In this document: piece by piece, positions 1 to 8,776 of the stretch
How the letters are laid out: every line of letters starts with the position of its first letter
Position numbering within the stretch: the stretch's first letter is position 1
Notes under the pieces: generated by a model
What the model was told of the DNA's origin: nothing
The model's database searches: none
Seen by the model: only the letters and a program-made list of their open reading frames with translations
Translations under genes and position numbers: made by a program
Assembly (NCBI GenBank): GCA_017455605.1
Contig: JAFSZO010000072.1
Location: forward strand, 1-42,642
Direction of reading: 5' to 3'
From: Clostridia bacterium
GTDB taxonomy: Bacteria > Bacillota > Clostridia > Christensenellales > CAG-1252
Length of the DNA stretch: 42,642 bases

Positions 1-315
1 AGCCACCTGATGCTCCTCGATCTCACGAGCAACCACATCACGGGCAAGGAGCTCGAGGCGCTTCTCGACGAGGCGCACATCACGGTGAATAAGAATGCGA
101 TCCCCTTCGATACCGAGAAGCCCTTCGTCACGAGCGGCGTCCGTATCGGCACCCCCTCGGTCACCCAGCGCGGGATGAAGGAGGCGGATTGCGAGTACAT
201 AGCCGACCTCATCACCGACGTCATCAAGCATCGCGCCGAGGCGGTCGAACGCGTCAAGGCGGCGGTCATCGCCCTCTGCGAGAAATACCCGATCTACGAC
301 GGCGACGTGCTGTAA
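1..315 (+). CDS. glyA: Serine hydroxymethyltransferase, C-terminal part (gene starts before the window)
   Basis: Frame open from base 1 (SHLMLLDL...); ITVNKNAIPFD..PFVTSGVRIGTP is the SHMT C-terminal signature. Confidence 0.95.
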   Translation, partial: SHLMLLDLTSNHITGKELEALLDEAHITVNKNAIPFDTEKPFVTSGVRIGTPSVTQRGMKEADCEYIADLITDVIKHRAEAVERVKAAVIALCEKYPIYDGDVL

Positions 316-316
316 A

Positions 317-1501
317 ATGACCGACCGCACGATCTATCTCGATCACGCCGCGACCACGCCGACGGACGAAAAGGTGCTTCGGGAGATGCTCCCGTACTTT
401 TCGGATGCGTATGGCAACGCGAGCAGTCTGCATCGGGTAGGTCGCAGGGCGATCGCTGCGGTTGACGCGGCGCGGGAAAAGGTCGCTCAGGCGATCGGCG
501 CCCTTCCGTCGGAGATCTATTTCACGTCCTGCGGCACCGAGTCGGATAACTGGGCGATCGCGGGCGTGGCGGAAGCCTACGCGGACAAGGGCAGGCACAT
601 CCTCTCCTCCTCCGTCGAGCATCCCGCCGTGATGCGCTCCCTCGCTCGTCTCGAAGCGCGCGGCTACGAGGTCACCTATCTGCCCGTAGACCGCAGCGGA
701 GCCGTTTCCGTCGAGGCGGCGGTCGCCGCGATGCGCTCGGACACCGTCCTCGTCACGATCATGACGGCGAACAACGAGGTCGGTTCGATCCAGCCTGTCG
801 CCGAGATCTTCGCGGCGGCGCGCGCTCGCGGCATCGTGACGCACACCGACGCGGTCCAAGCGATCGGCTCGATCCCTGTGAACGTAGGGGAACTGAACGC
901 GGACCTTTTGTCCCTTTCGGCGCATAAGTTTTACGGTCCCAAGGGCGTCGGCGCCCTCTACCTCCGCAAGGGGGTCAGGATCAAGGGGCTGCTCCTCGGC
1001 GGCGAGCAGGAGAGGTCGCTTCGCGGCGGCACCTACAACACCCCCGCCATCGTCGGACTGGGCGCCGCCATCGAGGCTGCGACCGCGTCGCAAGGGGAGA
1101 ACGCCCGTCACCTCGCTTCTCTGAAGGAGCGTTTCGTCGCGGCTCTTCGCGAGATCCCGTTCACTTCGTTGAACGGCGGCTCGCCCTCCCTCCCGGGTAC
1201 GGTCAACGTGACCTTTTCGGGCGTGCGCAACAGTGAACTGCTCTTTGCCCTCGATCTCGAAGGGATCGCGGCGTCCTCGGGCAGCGCTTGCTCGTCGGGG
1301 AGCGTCGAACCTTCCCACGTGCTCACGGCAATGGGACTGACCAAGGAGGAGGTCGGTTCTTCCGTTCGCTTCTCGTTCGGCAGGGAGAACACGGAGGAGG
1401 TGGTGGATCGCACCGTCGCCGCGTTGAAGGATATCCTCGCGAGGCTTCGCGCGGATCGGGACCTATTTTTACAAAAGAAGAACGATCGCAAGGACGTATA
1501 A
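317..1501 (+). CDS. iscS: Cysteine desulfurase (IscS/NifS family)
   Basis: IYLDHAATTP, SAHKFYGPKG (PLP lysine), SSGSACSS (catalytic Cys). Confidence 0.92.
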   Translation: MTDRTIYLDHAATTPTDEKVLREMLPYFSDAYGNASSLHRVGRRAIAAVDAAREKVAQAIGALPSEIYFTSCGTESDNWAIAGVAEAYADKGRHILSSSVEHPAVMRSLARLEARGYEVTYLPVDRSGAVSVEAAVAAMRSDTVLVTIMTANNEVGSIQPVAEIFAAARARGIVTHTDAVQAIGSIPVNVGELNADLLSLSAHKFYGPKGVGALYLRKGVRIKGLLLGGEQERSLRGGTYNTPAIVGLGAAIEAATASQGENARHLASLKERFVAALREIPFTSLNGGSPSLPGTVNVTFSGVRNSELLFALDLEGIAASSGSACSSGSVEPSHVLTAMGLTKEEVGSSVRFSFGRENTEEVVDRTVAALKDILARLRADRDLFLQKKNDRKDV

Positions 1502-1556
1502 CGGGACCTCCCGATTGTTTTTACAGGACGGGCTCGCCCCGCCAATTGAGGAAAAA

Positions 1557-3755
1557 ATGGATCTGTCATCGTTGAACAAAGAACAACTCGAAGCGGTGCA
1601 AGCCACCGAAGGCGCTGTGCTCGTCCTCGCGGGAGCGGGGAGCGGCAAGACGCGCGTTTTGACCTATCGCATCGCCTACCTTATCAAGGAAAAAGAGGTG
1701 AATCCCTATCGCATCCTCGCGATCACCTTCACGAACAAGGCGACCAACGAGATGAAGGAGCATCTGACGAATATGCTCGGCGAAGGTTCGGGGGTGTGGG
1801 TCTCCACCTTCCACTCGCTTTGCGCCCGCATTCTGCGTTACGACGCCGAAAAGCTCGGCTACGACAAGAATTACACGATCTACTCCGACGCGGACAGCGA
1901 ACGGGTCATCAAGAGGATCGTGCAGAACAAGCACATCCAAAAGGAAGGGTTCGAGAGCAAGGTCGCCTATCACATCGGCAACGCCAAGACTTATCTCTTT
2001 TCGCCTGAGGAATATCGCAAGGAATGCGGCGACCGCGACGCGATGCTGATCTGCGACGTCTACGAGGCGTACGAGGAGGAGCTCCGTGCCGCCAACGCGA
2101 TGGACTACGACGATCTGCTCATCAAGACCTACGAGCTCTTCACCGAGTTCCCCGACGTGCTGAAGAAGTACGCCGACCGATTCCGTTACATACACATCGA
2201 CGAGTATCAGGACACCAGTCGCCTGCAGTACAAGATCGCGGCGATGCTCTCCTCGGTGCACGGCAACCTCTTCGTCGTGGGTGACGAGGATCAGAGCATC
2301 TACGGTTGGCGCGGCGCGGACATCTCGAACATCCTCGACTTCCGCAAGGATTTTCCCGACGCAAAGGTCATCAAGCTTGAGCAGAATTACCGCAGCACGA
2401 CCAACATTCTGAACGCGGCGAACGCCGTGATCTCGCATAACAGCGAACGCTTTGAGAAAAAGCTCTGGTCGGAAGGGGACAAGGGCGTGCGCGTCGAGAC
2501 CTATTCGGCGCAGGATGACAGGGAAGAGGCGGAGTTCGTCGCCCGTCAGATCTCCAATATGATCCGCGAGCGCAGGATGTCTCCTTCGGACTTCGCGATC
2601 CTCGTGCGCCTCAACGCCTTGACCAAAAAGATCGAGGAAAAGCTCCGCTACTTCCGCATCCCGTACAAGATGTATGGCGGGTTCAAGTTTTACGAGCGCA
2701 AGGAGGTCAAGAGCTTGCTCGCCTACTTCCGCGCCCTCGTGAACCCGCGCGACAACGACGCTTTCCTGCGCATCATCAATACGCCCAAGCGCGGCATCGG
2801 CGACAGCGTGACGGACGAGCTCTCCCTCCTCGCTTCGGAGCGGGGCGTTTCGGTCTCCGACGTGCTGTTCGGCGATCCCATCGCTCTCGGGCTGTCGGAG
2901 AAAAGCGCGAAGAAACTCCGCGTGTTCAAGGAGCTTTTCGACAAACTCGCCGCCGCGCGTGGCGAAAAGGGGCTCGCGGACTTCGCCGAATACGTCGCCT
3001 CCGAGGCGGGATTCTTCCTCGCCTATTCGGGGGACAAAGAGGAGGATCTCAGCCACCGCGAGAACCTCAATCAGCTGATCGGCGAGATCGCGGAGTTCGA
3101 GAAGGCGAACCAAGGCGCGACCCTCGAGGAGTACCTGCAATCCGTCGCCCTGATCTCGGATACCGACGAGATCCAAACCGACGAATACGTGACGGTCTCC
3201 ACCGTTCACTCGGTCAAGGGGCTGGAGTTCAACGTCGTCTTCGTGACGGGGCTGGAGGAGAACGTCTTCCCCTCGCAGTCCTACGGCAAATCCTCCTCCG
3301 AGATCGAGGAAGAGCGCCGCGTGATGTACGTCGCGATGACCCGCGCGAAGCGCCGCCTTTACCTGACCTCGGCGCGCTCCCGCTTTATGTACGGCAGGAC
3401 CAACTACAACGCCCGCAGCCGCTTCCTGAACGAGGCGGACGAGGCGATCAGTCCGAAGCAACGGATCGGCGCATCCGCCCCCAAGCCTCTCGTGCAGTCT
3501 TCGCCCAAGATCGGCTATTCCGCTCCCGAGCAGCCTAAGCGCAGCGAGGAAGAGTACCGCCGCAGCTTCGGCGTCGGCGCAAAGACGGCGGGGAACAAGG
3601 GCGCGCATGACTTTAAACTCGGCGACAAGGTCCTCCATCCGCGTTACGGCGTGGGCAGGATCATACAGATCACGGGCGACAACGCCTCCATCGCGTTCGA
3701 CGGGCTCGGGATCAAGCAGTTCAATATGAAGATCGCACCCTTCAAGAAGGCATAG
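1557..3755 (+). CDS. pcrA: ATP-dependent DNA helicase PcrA/UvrD
   Basis: LAGAGSGKT, DEYQD, VGDEDQSIYGWRGA, HSVKGLEF, EEERR..YVAMTRA and C-terminal tudor-like HPRYGVG; start moved to ATG 1557 after GAGG. Confidence 0.95.
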   Translation: MDLSSLNKEQLEAVQATEGAVLVLAGAGSGKTRVLTYRIAYLIKEKEVNPYRILAITFTNKATNEMKEHLTNMLGEGSGVWVSTFHSLCARILRYDAEKLGYDKNYTIYSDADSERVIKRIVQNKHIQKEGFESKVAYHIGNAKTYLFSPEEYRKECGDRDAMLICDVYEAYEEELRAANAMDYDDLLIKTYELFTEFPDVLKKYADRFRYIHIDEYQDTSRLQYKIAAMLSSVHGNLFVVGDEDQSIYGWRGADISNILDFRKDFPDAKVIKLEQNYRSTTNILNAANAVISHNSERFEKKLWSEGDKGVRVETYSAQDDREEAEFVARQISNMIRERRMSPSDFAILVRLNALTKKIEEKLRYFRIPYKMYGGFKFYERKEVKSLLAYFRALVNPRDNDAFLRIINTPKRGIGDSVTDELSLLASERGVSVSDVLFGDPIALGLSEKSAKKLRVFKELFDKLAAARGEKGLADFAEYVASEAGFFLAYSGDKEEDLSHRENLNQLIGEIAEFEKANQGATLEEYLQSVALISDTDEIQTDEYVTVSTVHSVKGLEFNVVFVTGLEENVFPSQSYGKSSSEIEEERRVMYVAMTRAKRRLYLTSARSRFMYGRTNYNARSRFLNEADEAISPKQRIGASAPKPLVQSSPKIGYSAPEQPKRSEEEYRRSFGVGAKTAGNKGAHDFKLGDKVLHPRYGVGRIIQITGDNASIAFDGLGIKQFNMKIAPFKKA

Positions 3756-3765
3756 GGAGGTTACT

Positions 3766-5694
3766 ATGGGCAGAATGGAAGAGCTTGTCGAGCTCCTCAA
3801 TCGTTACGCACGCGAGTATTACGAGCAGGATAATCCCACCGTTTCGGACGCCGAGTACGACGCCCTTTACGACGAGCTCGTGATGCTGGAACGCTTCGGC
3901 GGGCTGGTCCTCCCCGATTCTCCCACGAGGCGGGTCGGCGGTCGCCCGAACGAAGGATTCCGTCAGGTCAAGCACAAGGAACGCCTCTACAGCCTCGACA
4001 AGACCAAGACGGTGGAGGGCGCGTTGGAGTGGATCGACAAGATCGGCGCTCCCCCTTTGACTCTCGAATATAAGTACGACGGATTGACCCTCAACCTCAG
4101 TTACGAGGGCGGCGTTCTCGTCCGCGCCTGTACGCGCGGCGACGGCGAGGTCGGCGAGGAGGTCACCGAACAAGTCAAGACCATCGCGAACGTGCCGCAG
4201 ACGATTCCCTTTAAGGGAGAGATCGACGTATCGGGCGAGGGCATTATGCCCCTTTCTTCGCTCGAAGCCTACAATCGTGACGCCAAGGTACCCCTCAAGA
4301 ACGCGCGCAACGGCGTCGCGGGCGCGATCCGCAACCTCGACGTCTCGGAAACGGCGCGTCGCGGGCTGGCTTTTTATGCTTACAACGTCGGCTATCACAA
4401 GGGGATAGAGTTCGCGTATCAGCACGAAGTGCACGATTTTTTGCGGGAGCAGGGCTTCGACGTCGGATCCTTTTTCGAGGTCGTGACCGATCCCGGCGAG
4501 GTGACGAGACTCCTCGACGAGGCGGCGGCTCGTCGCCCGCATCTGGACTTCCTCATCGATGGCATGGTCTTCAAAGCCGACAGTTTCGATTTACGTGAAA
4601 AGCTCGGATTTACCGAGAAATTTCCTCGTTGGGCTCTTGCCTACAAGTTCAAGGCGGAAGAGATCTCCACCGAGGTCAAAGACGTGCTTTGGCAGGTCTC
4701 CCGCACCGGCAAGCTCAATCCTCTCGCGGTGCTGTCTCCCGTCGATATCGGCGGGGCGACGGTCTCACGCGCCACCCTCTCGAATATCAGCGAGATCCGC
4801 CGCAAGGGCATCCGCATCGGCGACCGCGTTTTCGTGCGTCGTTCCGGCGACGTGATCCCCGAGATCACGGGCGTGGCAGAGGCGGTCGAGGGCGCCCGAG
4901 AGGTGGAGAAGCCGACGGTCTGTCCCGTTTGCGGCAGTCCCGTGATCGAAAAGGGCGTCTTCCTCTATTGTTCCAACAGCGAGAATTGCGCGCCCAAGAT
5001 CATCTCCGCGCTCGAGCATTTTTGCTCCAAGGACGCGATGGACGTGGACGGCTTGTCCGAGAAAACCATCGAACAGTTCTACGAAGAGTTCGGCTTGCGC
5101 AGTCCCGACGAACTTTACTCCCTCAAAAAGGAGGATCTCCTCTCTCTCGAAGGGTTTAAGGAGAAAAAGGCGGAGAATGTCGTCTCCTGCATCGAGAAGT
5201 CCAAGCGCACGACCCTCGCGCGTTTCCTGACCGCGCTCGGCGTCCCGAACGTTGGCAAGAAAGCGGCGAAGGTGCTGGAGCAGACCTTCGGCACGCTGGA
5301 CGCGCTGATGGCGGCGTCGGTGGACGACGTGGCGTCGATCGAGGACTTCGGACTCATCACGGCAAGCTCCGTCGTGGACTTTTTCGCCTCGGAGGAGAAT
5401 CGCGCGCTCATCGAACGTCTCCTCGCCGCGGGTATCACCTTTATACAGGAGGAGCGCACCGAGGGCGTATTCTCGGGTCGCACCGTGGTCATCACGGGGA
5501 CGCTCTCGTCCTACAAGCGTTCTGCCGCGCAGGAGGAGATACGCAAGCGGGGCGGCGCCGTCTCGGACACGGTCAGCAAGGCGGTCGACCTCGTCGTCGT
5601 GGGAGAGGACGCGGGTAGCAAGCTCGAGAAGGCGAAGAAGCTCGGCATCGAGATCATCGACGAAGCCCGCTTCTTGGAGTTGTTGGCGCAGTGA
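3766..5694 (+). CDS. ligA: NAD-dependent DNA ligase
   Basis: KYDG adenylation motif, CPVC..C..C zinc finger, HhH repeats, C-terminal BRCT; GGGAGG RBS. Confidence 0.97.
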   Translation: MGRMEELVELLNRYAREYYEQDNPTVSDAEYDALYDELVMLERFGGLVLPDSPTRRVGGRPNEGFRQVKHKERLYSLDKTKTVEGALEWIDKIGAPPLTLEYKYDGLTLNLSYEGGVLVRACTRGDGEVGEEVTEQVKTIANVPQTIPFKGEIDVSGEGIMPLSSLEAYNRDAKVPLKNARNGVAGAIRNLDVSETARRGLAFYAYNVGYHKGIEFAYQHEVHDFLREQGFDVGSFFEVVTDPGEVTRLLDEAAARRPHLDFLIDGMVFKADSFDLREKLGFTEKFPRWALAYKFKAEEISTEVKDVLWQVSRTGKLNPLAVLSPVDIGGATVSRATLSNISEIRRKGIRIGDRVFVRRSGDVIPEITGVAEAVEGAREVEKPTVCPVCGSPVIEKGVFLYCSNSENCAPKIISALEHFCSKDAMDVDGLSEKTIEQFYEEFGLRSPDELYSLKKEDLLSLEGFKEKKAENVVSCIEKSKRTTLARFLTALGVPNVGKKAAKVLEQTFGTLDALMAASVDDVASIEDFGLITASSVVDFFASEENRALIERLLAAGITFIQEERTEGVFSGRTVVITGTLSSYKRSAAQEEIRKRGGAVSDTVSKAVDLVVVGEDAGSKLEKAKKLGIEIIDEARFLELLAQ

Positions 5695-5800
5695 CCCATC
5701 ACTTGTGCTGTCAGGCACAAACTTCACTGCATAGCAACTTCACTTGCCGTTAGGCAAACTTCACTCGGCGCAAGCAGAACTTCACTGCGACAGCTTCGCC
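5695..5800. repeat. Array of four AACTTCACT 9-mers separated by variable short hairpins
   Basis: AACTTCACT at 5720, 5736, 5757, 5778 plus degenerate CCCATCACT at 5695; spacers TGTGC-N6-GCACA, GC-ATA-GC, TGCC-GTTA-GGCA, CGGC-GCAA-GCAG, GCGA-N5-TCGC. Confidence 0.9.
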
Positions 5801-5830
5801 GTTATTTCCGAAAGATTTTTCCTTAAATGC

Positions 5831-5860
5831 TTGTATTTTTTTTCGCAACTATGCTATGAT
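5831..5860 (+). promoter_or_regulatory. Putative sigma-A promoter of the yloC-gmk-rpoZ operon
   Basis: TTGTAT-18 nt-TATGAT with extended -10 TG, in an AT-rich gap. Confidence 0.6.
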
Positions 5861-5908
5861 ATAAAATAATCTTTTATTTTGGGCGTATATACGCTCGCGG
5901 AGGCGCGA

Positions 5909-6781
5909 ATGTACAGCATGACAGGATACGGCAGAGGAGAGGCGGAACGGAACGGTCGCACCCTCGTCGTCGAACTCAAAAGCGTGAATCACCGGTTTCT
6001 CGATCTCTCGATCAAGCTTCCGCGCGTGCTTCTTTTTGCGGAAGACGCGATGAAGAAGGTGATCTCTTCCCGTCTTTCCCGCGGACACATCGACGTATTC
6101 ACCACCTATACCGCTCCCGCCGAGCAGGGCGCGTTGTCTCTCGACCGCGACCTCGCCGCGAGCTATCTCGCGATGGGCAAGGAGCTCGCGCAGTCTTTCG
6201 GCGTGAAGGACGATCTCACCGCGTCCGCCCTTCTTCGCGTGCAGGGCGTCGTGACCGAGAATGCGGTTGCCGCTCCCGAGGAGGAGCTCGTCGACCTCGT
6301 TCGCACGGCGACGGATCGCGCGCTCGACAGCCTGCTCAAGATGCGGGACGTCGAGGGCAAGGCGATCACCGCCGACATCATGACCAAGCTCGCCGAGATC
6401 GAGCGCCTGACGGGGCTCATCGAGTCACGTGCGCCCCTCGTCACGGCGGAGTATCGCACCCGTCTCGAGGAGAGGATGCGCGAGGCGCTCTCGGGCGCGG
6501 ATTACGACGAGACCCGCCTTTTGACCGAGGTCGCTCTCTTCGCGGACAAATGTGCGATCGACGAGGAGCTCGCTCGGTTGCACGCGCATATCGACCATTA
6601 TCGATCGATTCTTTCCACCGAGCCCGCCGCAGGCAGAAAGCTGGATTTCCTGACGCAGGAGCTCAATCGCGAGGCAAATACGATCGGCAGCAAGTGCAAC
6701 GACGCCGCGATCGCGGAGAACGTCGTCCTCTTGAAATGCGAGATCGAGAAAGTCAGAGAACAAATACAAAACTTGGAGTGA
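5909..6781 (+). CDS. yloC: YicC/YloC family endoribonuclease
   Basis: SMTGYGR, ELKSVNHRFLD, GRKLDFLTQELNREANTIGSK, EKVREQIQNLE; ATG 5909 after GGAGG. Confidence 0.93.
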   Translation: MYSMTGYGRGEAERNGRTLVVELKSVNHRFLDLSIKLPRVLLFAEDAMKKVISSRLSRGHIDVFTTYTAPAEQGALSLDRDLAASYLAMGKELAQSFGVKDDLTASALLRVQGVVTENAVAAPEEELVDLVRTATDRALDSLLKMRDVEGKAITADIMTKLAEIERLTGLIESRAPLVTAEYRTRLEERMREALSGADYDETRLLTEVALFADKCAIDEELARLHAHIDHYRSILSTEPAAGRKLDFLTQELNREANTIGSKCNDAAIAENVVLLKCEIEKVREQIQNLE

Positions 6782-6783
6782 CT

Positions 6784-7392
6784 ATGAAAAGAGGCAAAGT
6801 ATTCGTTATCTCAGGACCGTCGGGGGTAGGCAAGGGCACCCTTTGCGCCGAGCTGATGCGCCGCTATCCCGAGCTCGCCGCTACCACCGTATCGGTCACG
6901 ACCCGCGCGCCCCGTCCCGGCGAAGTGGACGGCGTGCACTATTATTTCCGCACCGAGGCGCAGTTCGACGAGATGCTCGCCGCAGAGATGTTTCTCGAGA
7001 CGGTAAATAAGTTTACGCATCGCTACGGCACCCTTCTCTCCGAGGTGGAGAAGGTGCTCGACGCGGGCAAGAACGTGATCCTCGAGATCGAGATGCTCGG
7101 CGGTGCGAACGTAAAGAAACGCATCTCGGACGCCGTCCTCATCTTCATTCTGCCGCCCACGCTCGCCGCGCTCACCGACCGCATCGTCGGCAGGGGGAGC
7201 GAGACCGAGGCGCAGATCCGCCTCCGTCAAGCGCAGGTGGAGGAGGAGTTCGACCAAGCCGATCCCTACGAGTATTTCGTCGTGAACGACGACCTCGCGG
7301 AGGCTGTGGAGAACGTAAGAGCCATCATCGTCGCCGAAGGCTTGAAAGCCGACGGGAAAGACGTGAAAAAGAATTATTTTGGGAGGAACTGA
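6784..7392 (+). CDS. gmk: Guanylate kinase
   Basis: ISGPSGVGKGT P-loop, SVTTRAPRPGEVDGVHYYF; start ATG 6784. Confidence 0.95.
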   Translation: MKRGKVFVISGPSGVGKGTLCAELMRRYPELAATTVSVTTRAPRPGEVDGVHYYFRTEAQFDEMLAAEMFLETVNKFTHRYGTLLSEVEKVLDAGKNVILEIEMLGGANVKKRISDAVLIFILPPTLAALTDRIVGRGSETEAQIRLRQAQVEEEFDQADPYEYFVVNDDLAEAVENVRAIIVAEGLKADGKDVKKNYFGRN

Positions 7393-7396
7393 TACT

Positions 7397-7591
7397 ATGA
7401 TGATTGACCCGCCTATTGATAAACTTATCAAGAAGACCGAATGCCGCTATATGCTCGTTTGCGGCGTGGCGAAACGCGCCCGCGAACTCCTCAATCAGGA
7501 AGGCGATATGCTCGCTCGCACCAAGGAGAAGCCCATCTCCGTCGCGGCGAAAGAGATCTACGAAGGCAAGATCAAGATCACCAGAGACTAA
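7397..7591 (+). CDS. rpoZ: RNA polymerase omega subunit
   Basis: MIDPPIDKL..RYMLVCGVAKRAREL..KPISVAAKEI; gmk-rpoZ-coaBC synteny; GGGAGG RBS. Confidence 0.93.
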   Translation: MMIDPPIDKLIKKTECRYMLVCGVAKRARELLNQEGDMLARTKEKPISVAAKEIYEGKIKITRD

Positions 7592-7594
7592 CAG

Positions 7595-8776
7595 ATGAAA
7601 CGCAAAGTTCTCGTGGGCGTTACGGGCGGCATCGCCGCCTATAAGTCCTGCTATCTCGTCAGCGCACTCGTGAAGCTCGGGTGCGACGTGCACGTACTCA
7701 TGACCGATCACGCGCGGGAGTTCGTCTCGGCGATGACCTTCGAGACTCTCTCGCACAATCCCGTCATCACGAATATGTTTCGGCGGGATCGTGAGTGGGA
7801 GGTGGAGCACGTCTCGCTCGCCAAGAGTTCGGAGGTGATCGTCGTCGCACCCGCGACGGCGAACTTTTTCGCTAAGGTCGCGCACGGGATCTGCGACGAT
7901 ATGCTCACGACGACCTATCTCGCCTCTTCCGCGCCGAAGATCCTCTGTCCCGCGATGAACACGGGGATGTACGAGGACGCCGTCTTTCAGGAGAATCTGG
8001 CTAAGGTACGGGCGTCGGGGGCGGAGATCCTCTCTCCCGTCACGGGGCGCCTCGCTTGCGGAGACGTCGGCGTCGGCAAGATGGTAGAGCCGGACGAGAT
8101 CGTCGAAGCGGTGAAGAGGGCGCTCGCCCTGCGCTTGGATTTCGCGGGCAAGCGGGTGCTGGTCACCGCAGGCGCCACGGTCGAGGAGATCGATGGCGTG
8201 CGCTATCTGTCCAATCACAGCAGCGGCAAGATGGGCGCGGCGATCGCGGAACGCTTCGCGGACCGCGGCGCGACGGTCACCCTCGTTGCGGGCAATATGA
8301 CGGTGAAACCCGCGGATAATATTTCCGAGGTGATCCGCGTCCGCTCCACGCACGACCTGTACGAGGCGGTCACCTCTCGCGCCGAGGCTGTGGACTACGT
8401 CGTGATGGCGGCGGCTCCCGCCGACTATACCCCCGTTCGACCCTTCGCGCAAAAGGTGAAGTCGGATCGGCTGACTCTCGAGCTCGTCAAGACCGAGGAC
8501 GTCGCCGCGGCGGTGGGGCGGATCAAGGGCGCGGGTACCAAGCTCGTGATCTTCAGCGCCGAGACCGAGGACCTTCTCGTTAATGCGAAGGGCAAGCTCG
8601 AACGCAAAAACGCCGACCTCGTCGTCGCGAACGACGTGACGCAGGAAGGCGCGGGATTCGGCGTCGACACGAATATCGTGACGATGATCGACCGTGACGG
8701 CGGCGTGTATCCCTATGAAAAAATGACCAAGATCGAGGTCGCAGACGCGATCCTCGACCGCTTGCGGACGCTATGA
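7595..8776 (+). CDS. coaBC: Bifunctional phosphopantothenoylcysteine decarboxylase/synthase
   Basis: GVTGGIAAYK, PATAN, PAMN, LACGDVGVGK, SNHSSGKMG. Confidence 0.96.
   Translation: MKRKVLVGVTGGIAAYKSCYLVSALVKLGCDVHVLMTDHAREFVSAMTFETLSHNPVITNMFRRDREWEVEHVSLAKSSEVIVVAPATANFFAKVAHGICDDMLTTTYLASSAPKILCPAMNTGMYEDAVFQENLAKVRASGAEILSPVTGRLACGDVGVGKMVEPDEIVEAVKRALALRLDFAGKRVLVTAGATVEEIDGVRYLSNHSSGKMGAAIAERFADRGATVTLVAGNMTVKPADNISEVIRVRSTHDLYEAVTSRAEAVDYVVMAAAPADYTPVRPFAQKVKSDRLTLELVKTEDVAAAVGRIKGAGTKLVIFSAETEDLLVNAKGKLERKNADLVVANDVTQEGAGFGVDTNIVTMIDRDGGVYPYEKMTKIEVADAILDRLRTL

Noticed and set aside
5695-5800. AACTTCACT arrays (here and at 28985-29172) as CRISPR arrays
   Set aside because: Repeats are only 9 nt, spacers are short, uneven and self-complementary, and no cas genes are present
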